62,796 nucleotides of DNA from Kiritimatiellia bacterium. Its GTDB lineage: Bacteria; Verrucomicrobiota; Kiritimatiellia; RFP12; UBA1067. Both the position numbers and the translations under genes were made by a program. Every line of letters starts with the position of its first letter. The first letter of the stretch is position 1. The stretch is from assembly GCA_024405395.1 (NCBI GenBank), contig JAKSOW010000002.1, positions 1-62,796 of the forward strand, given 5' to 3'. Shown in pieces: positions 59,648 to 62,796 of this stretch. Under the pieces are notes generated by a model. The model was not told where the DNA came from and ran no database searches. It was given only the letters and a program-made list of their open reading frames with translations.

Positions 59648-62600
59648 ATGAAACGTTTTCAGCATTTTGCCTTGTTGTCTTGTGTGGCCTTGATGGGGAG
59701 CGCTGTGTTGGCGGATTCTTACGCCGAAAACACGGTGGTTTCGGGCGATGAGATTGTGTTGGCCGTTGGCGAGACGCGGGATTTCGACGTGAGTGCCGGG
59801 GTCACGGTCACGGTGTCGCGGGTGATTTCCGGCGAAGGCGCAATCCGCAAGACGGGGTTGGGAGTTCTGAAGCTTGACGGCGCGAATTCGTTTACGGGCG
59901 GCGTGGATCTGGTGGCCGGTGAGCTGTGGGCGAATGCCGCCTGTGCCTTGGGCTCTGGCCCTGTTTCCTTTACGAGCAGTGCGCAGGCATCCTTGTTGGC
60001 CTTCAATGCGCCTGATGCCACATTCGCAAACGACATCCGCTTCAAGGTTGTGCCCACGAGATTCAGTTCATATCGGGGGGCGCTGGAGTTCAAGTCTAAT
60101 ACGCGCCTAACGGGAAATGTCTATGGCCCCGGCAATCTTTATGATTGGATTGTCGTCGGCGTGCAGTATTCGACCATCTCGCACAGTCAGAATGCCGCCG
60201 TGGTCTTTGACGGCGACATCTGCTTTGAAGGCGCCACCTGCGGCGCGTTAAAGGTCAACGGGTATGGCACAACGACATTCAACGGCAAGGTGTACACACG
60301 GCAACTCAGCTTCTCAACGGCCTGGAGCGCGAGCGGTACCGTCATCTTCAACAATCCCGACAGTTTCCTTGGCTCCACTTATGTGGTCAATTCCTATTGC
60401 CCCTGTCTGATCTACGGCGCTGACAACATCTTCACGAACATGGATTTGGCCGCCCAGTACACCTACAGAAACGAGACAGCCAACTGCATGGACCTCAATG
60501 GCCATGATCAGACCTTCCGCGCCTTGCGCGTGAATCCTGCGACCAATCCCGACTATCCGCTGCCCCAGGCGCCGAATGACGGCTACGGCCTGCAGGTCAA
60601 GTCGACGCTCCCCGCGACATTGACGCTGACGGGGTTCGGCGCCGGAGCGAGCACGGACACCTATCACGCCTTCAATGGGGCCTTGTCGCTGGTGCTTGAC
60701 GCCGATCCCACCTACACACTCAACCTCGTCAACCGCACGCATCACATGAGCGGGGCGCTGATCGTGTCGAACGGTACACTGCGGGCCACCGGGGCGGCAT
60801 CTTTCCCGAGTGCACGGCGCGTCGTGGTGGCGGCGGGCACCACCCTGGATGTGGCGACGACGACGGCCAACGCCTTCGGCTCCTGCGTGGCTGTGGATGT
60901 GGACGGTGCGTTTTCCCTGGCCAGTGCGGCGGCTCAGAGCATGGGGCATGCCGCCGTGAATCTGGGGCAGGAAGCCTCGCTGTCCTTGCCGGCGGACATG
61001 GTGCTGCTCGCCAAATCCCTGGTGGTGGCGGGCGAAACCAAGGCCGAGGGCTATTATACCTCCGCCGACATTCCGCAGCTCAAGAGCGGACGCATCCGTG
61101 TGACGGAACAATTCTGGCCGGAACTGACAGAGCCCGTCTACACCATTTCGGTTTCCGCTGGCGAAACCAACTGCATTGACGATCTCATGGTTGAGGTGAC
61201 GGCGGGCGGTACCACGACTTCCTCTCTTTTCTCGGAGCTTGCCGCCCCCACGGCGGGCACAGTGCTCAAGGTCGGCCAGGGCGTTGTGAAGTCCTCCTCG
61301 CGGATGGCGCAGTTCACGGGCCAGCTTCTGGTGGAGGAGGGCGGCTTTGCCGTCAACGACAATCTTCAGGTGGGGCCTCAAAACCGCGCCACGGCGCCTG
61401 TGGTCTGGGTCAAGAAGGGGGCGTCCTTCATCCTCTACGGCACGAAAGACACCTGCGGCGCAAGCAAGCTCATGCTCAAGAACAGTTTCCATTTTGCCGG
61501 CGAGGGCCTCAATGGACTGGGGGCGCTGGATCTTGAGATCGATGCCTACCAGAACTATACGTTCACCGAATGCGGCACATGGTTCCTGGACGGCGACACG
61601 CGCATCGGGGGCCATTCGACGCAGCGGGTTGACCTCTACAACACCACCTTGGACATGAAGGGCAATCGTCTTGAGTTCAAACGCCCCGAGGGGAATCCCT
61701 CGTATTTCACGTTCTTCTTTGATGCGCTGCAGATCAAGAACGCCGGCGACATTCTGGTAAATGGCGCCAATTTCACGCCCCAAGGCGTAGTTACCTGGGC
61801 GCAGGACGTCGTCTCGACCATCTCGTTCACCAATGGGGCGGCGTTCGGCTTCTGGAATTCCTCAATGCGGGAAACGCACACGACAACGCTCAAGTTCTCG
61901 GAGGGGAAAACAACCTGGGGCGTTGGCGGCAGTCTGAACGACGGTTCGCGCGTGACGCCCGGGGCCATCAAGCAGGCTTTTTGGGATGGTCCCGTTCAGG
62001 TGGAGGGACAGCTCAACATCGATGCCTCCGTGGACCAGAAGGGCGCGGCTCTGCGCGGTAGGCTTTCGGGTGACGGGGCGCTGCTCATGCGCGGCGGATG
62101 GCTTCATCTGACGAATGCCGACAATGACTTCGCGGGGACGATAGGCGTGGCCACATCGGCTTCCGCCGACAAACAGATTTTCGAGCGGGGTTTGGCCGTG
62201 TATGCCAATGGGGCCTTGCCGCTTTCATGCCGCCAGGTGGCGGTGACCAATTCGCCCGTGATGCTTCTGGAGGCGGCGCGATTCGATTTGCCGGCGCTGG
62301 CTTTTCAGGTTCCTGCTGCCACAAATCAGACGTTCTCCTCGGATGGTGCGGCGGCGAGCGGCACCCTGGCGGGATTGCTGAAGCTGGGCGACGGTACGCT
62401 GTCCTATGCGGTTCCGTTGGCGGTTACGGGCGTCTTGGAGGTGGCGGAAGGAACGCTGGACGTCAAGGGTGGTTCGCTTGCGGCGGGAACGCTGGCGATG
62501 GCGGGTGGTACAGTCAAAGGTGACGTCAGCGTGACGCAGGGCATGGCTTTTGCGCCCGCCGCCTACGCGAATGGCGCACTGAAGGTGCTCTTGGTTGAAG

Positions 62601-62796
62601 GTGCGGTGGCCTTTGCTGAAGGTGCCGTGCTGGATCTCGATGAGCTTATGGCGGGCGCGTATCCGTTTTCGCCGCGTTATGGCGATCATCTGGTGCTGCA
62701 GACGACGGACGGAATTACGGGGACACCTGTGCTGGATCGAGATTCGGCGGCCTATCAGGCGGGCTGGCGCTGTGGCGTGAAAAACGGCGCTTTGTA
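59648..62796 (+). CDS. secreted PATR-repeat protein, 3'-truncated by window end (paralog P5; absent from ORF track)
   Basis: I translated the frame from the ATG at 59648 to the window end (at least 1049 codons) and found no stop. Signal peptide MKRFQHFALLSCVALMGSAVLA. PATR unit ISGEGAIRKTGLGVLKLDGANSFTGGVDLVAGELWA. The last residues, AGWRCGVKNGAL, align with the C-terminal tail of P1-P3. The 489-aa minus-strand ORF 60314-61783 is its shadow. Confidence 0.8.
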   Translation, partial: MKRFQHFALLSCVALMGSAVLADSYAENTVVSGDEIVLAVGETRDFDVSAGVTVTVSRVISGEGAIRKTGLGVLKLDGANSFTGGVDLVAGELWANAACALGSGPVSFTSSAQASLLAFNAPDATFANDIRFKVVPTRFSSYRGALEFKSNTRLTGNVYGPGNLYDWIVVGVQYSTISHSQNAAVVFDGDICFEGATCGALKVNGYGTTTFNGKVYTRQLSFSTAWSASGTVIFNNPDSFLGSTYVVNSYCPCLIYGADNIFTNMDLAAQYTYRNETANCMDLNGHDQTFRALRVNPATNPDYPLPQAPNDGYGLQVKSTLPATLTLTGFGAGASTDTYHAFNGALSLVLDADPTYTLNLVNRTHHMSGALIVSNGTLRATGAASFPSARRVVVAAGTTLDVATTTANAFGSCVAVDVDGAFSLASAAAQSMGHAAVNLGQEASLSLPADMVLLAKSLVVAGETKAEGYYTSADIPQLKSGRIRVTEQFWPELTEPVYTISVSAGETNCIDDLMVEVTAGGTTTSSLFSELAAPTAGTVLKVGQGVVKSSSRMAQFTGQLLVEEGGFAVNDNLQVGPQNRATAPVVWVKKGASFILYGTKDTCGASKLMLKNSFHFAGEGLNGLGALDLEIDAYQNYTFTECGTWFLDGDTRIGGHSTQRVDLYNTTLDMKGNRLEFKRPEGNPSYFTFFFDALQIKNAGDILVNGANFTPQGVVTWAQDVVSTISFTNGAAFGFWNSSMRETHTTTLKFSEGKTTWGVGGSLNDGSRVTPGAIKQAFWDGPVQVEGQLNIDASVDQKGAALRGRLSGDGALLMRGGWLHLTNADNDFAGTIGVATSASADKQIFERGLAVYANGALPLSCRQVAVTNSPVMLLEAARFDLPALAFQVPAATNQTFSSDGAAASGTLAGLLKLGDGTLSYAVPLAVTGVLEVAEGTLDVKGGSLAAGTLAMAGGTVKGDVSVTQGMAFAPAAYANGALKVLLVEGAVAFAEGAVLDLDELMAGAYPFSPRYGDHLVLQTTDGITGTPVLDRDSAAYQAGWRCGVKNGAL

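Noticed and set aside
1-62796. Mobile elements, prophage, defence systems, rRNA/tRNA genes
   Set aside because: I looked for integrase, transposase, reverse-transcriptase, nuclease and helicase signatures in the translations, for tRNA-like T-arm strings (GGTTCGAATCC-type) and for terminal inverted repeats. None were recognised. This is a by-eye negative, not a search result.

Overview
GC-rich bacterial chromosomal segment with about 38 protein-coding genes. I could recognise no rRNA, tRNA, CRISPR array, transposase, integrase or phage gene. The gene content suggests a PVC-superphylum host (Lentisphaerota, Kiritimatiellota or Verrucomicrobiota). That call rests on giant autotransporter-associated beta-strand-repeat proteins, DUF4838 proteins, Tat-signal TIM-barrel proteins, many signal-peptide glycoside-hydrolase-like proteins and a Hanks kinase, and it is inference only. 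Housekeeping genes (argG 3' end, pheT, a TrmH-family methyltransferase, an M18 aminopeptidase, a parvulin PPIase, a hemA fusion) are interleaved with a large secreted glycan-degradation and surface-protein repertoire. Every gene from 6.1 to 53.5 kb is on the + strand. Main observations: (1) Five paralogous giant secreted repeat proteins share a short C-terminal tail ending G-x-x-[IL]-x-[FL]-[RK]-stop, a candidate uncharacterised sorting or anchoring tag. Three are in tandem at 13.8-23.1 kb, one is at 45.9 kb, and one at 59.6 kb is missing from the ORF track and runs off the window. (2) A 700-bp non-coding region upstream of the tandem trio combines seven helically phased 21-22-bp direct repeats, a G-tract block, a 32-nt pure A/T run and eleven copies of the heptamer CTTGAAG/CTTCAAG, including a 15-bp-arm palindrome. 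(3) A six-gene, translationally coupled minus-strand operon links an NtrB/NtrC-type sigma-54 two-component pair, a secreted multi-CxxC (DnaJ-type zinc-finger-like) protein, a Hanks Ser/Thr kinase, a SirC-HemA fusion and a DUF192 protein. (4) A serpin carries a roughly 15-residue Pro/charge-rich insertion in its reactive-centre loop. (5) Two genes are absent from the ORF track: a 56-aa 2x[4Fe-4S] ferredoxin and the 3'-open fifth giant gene. All functional calls come from motif recognition by eye, not from database searches.
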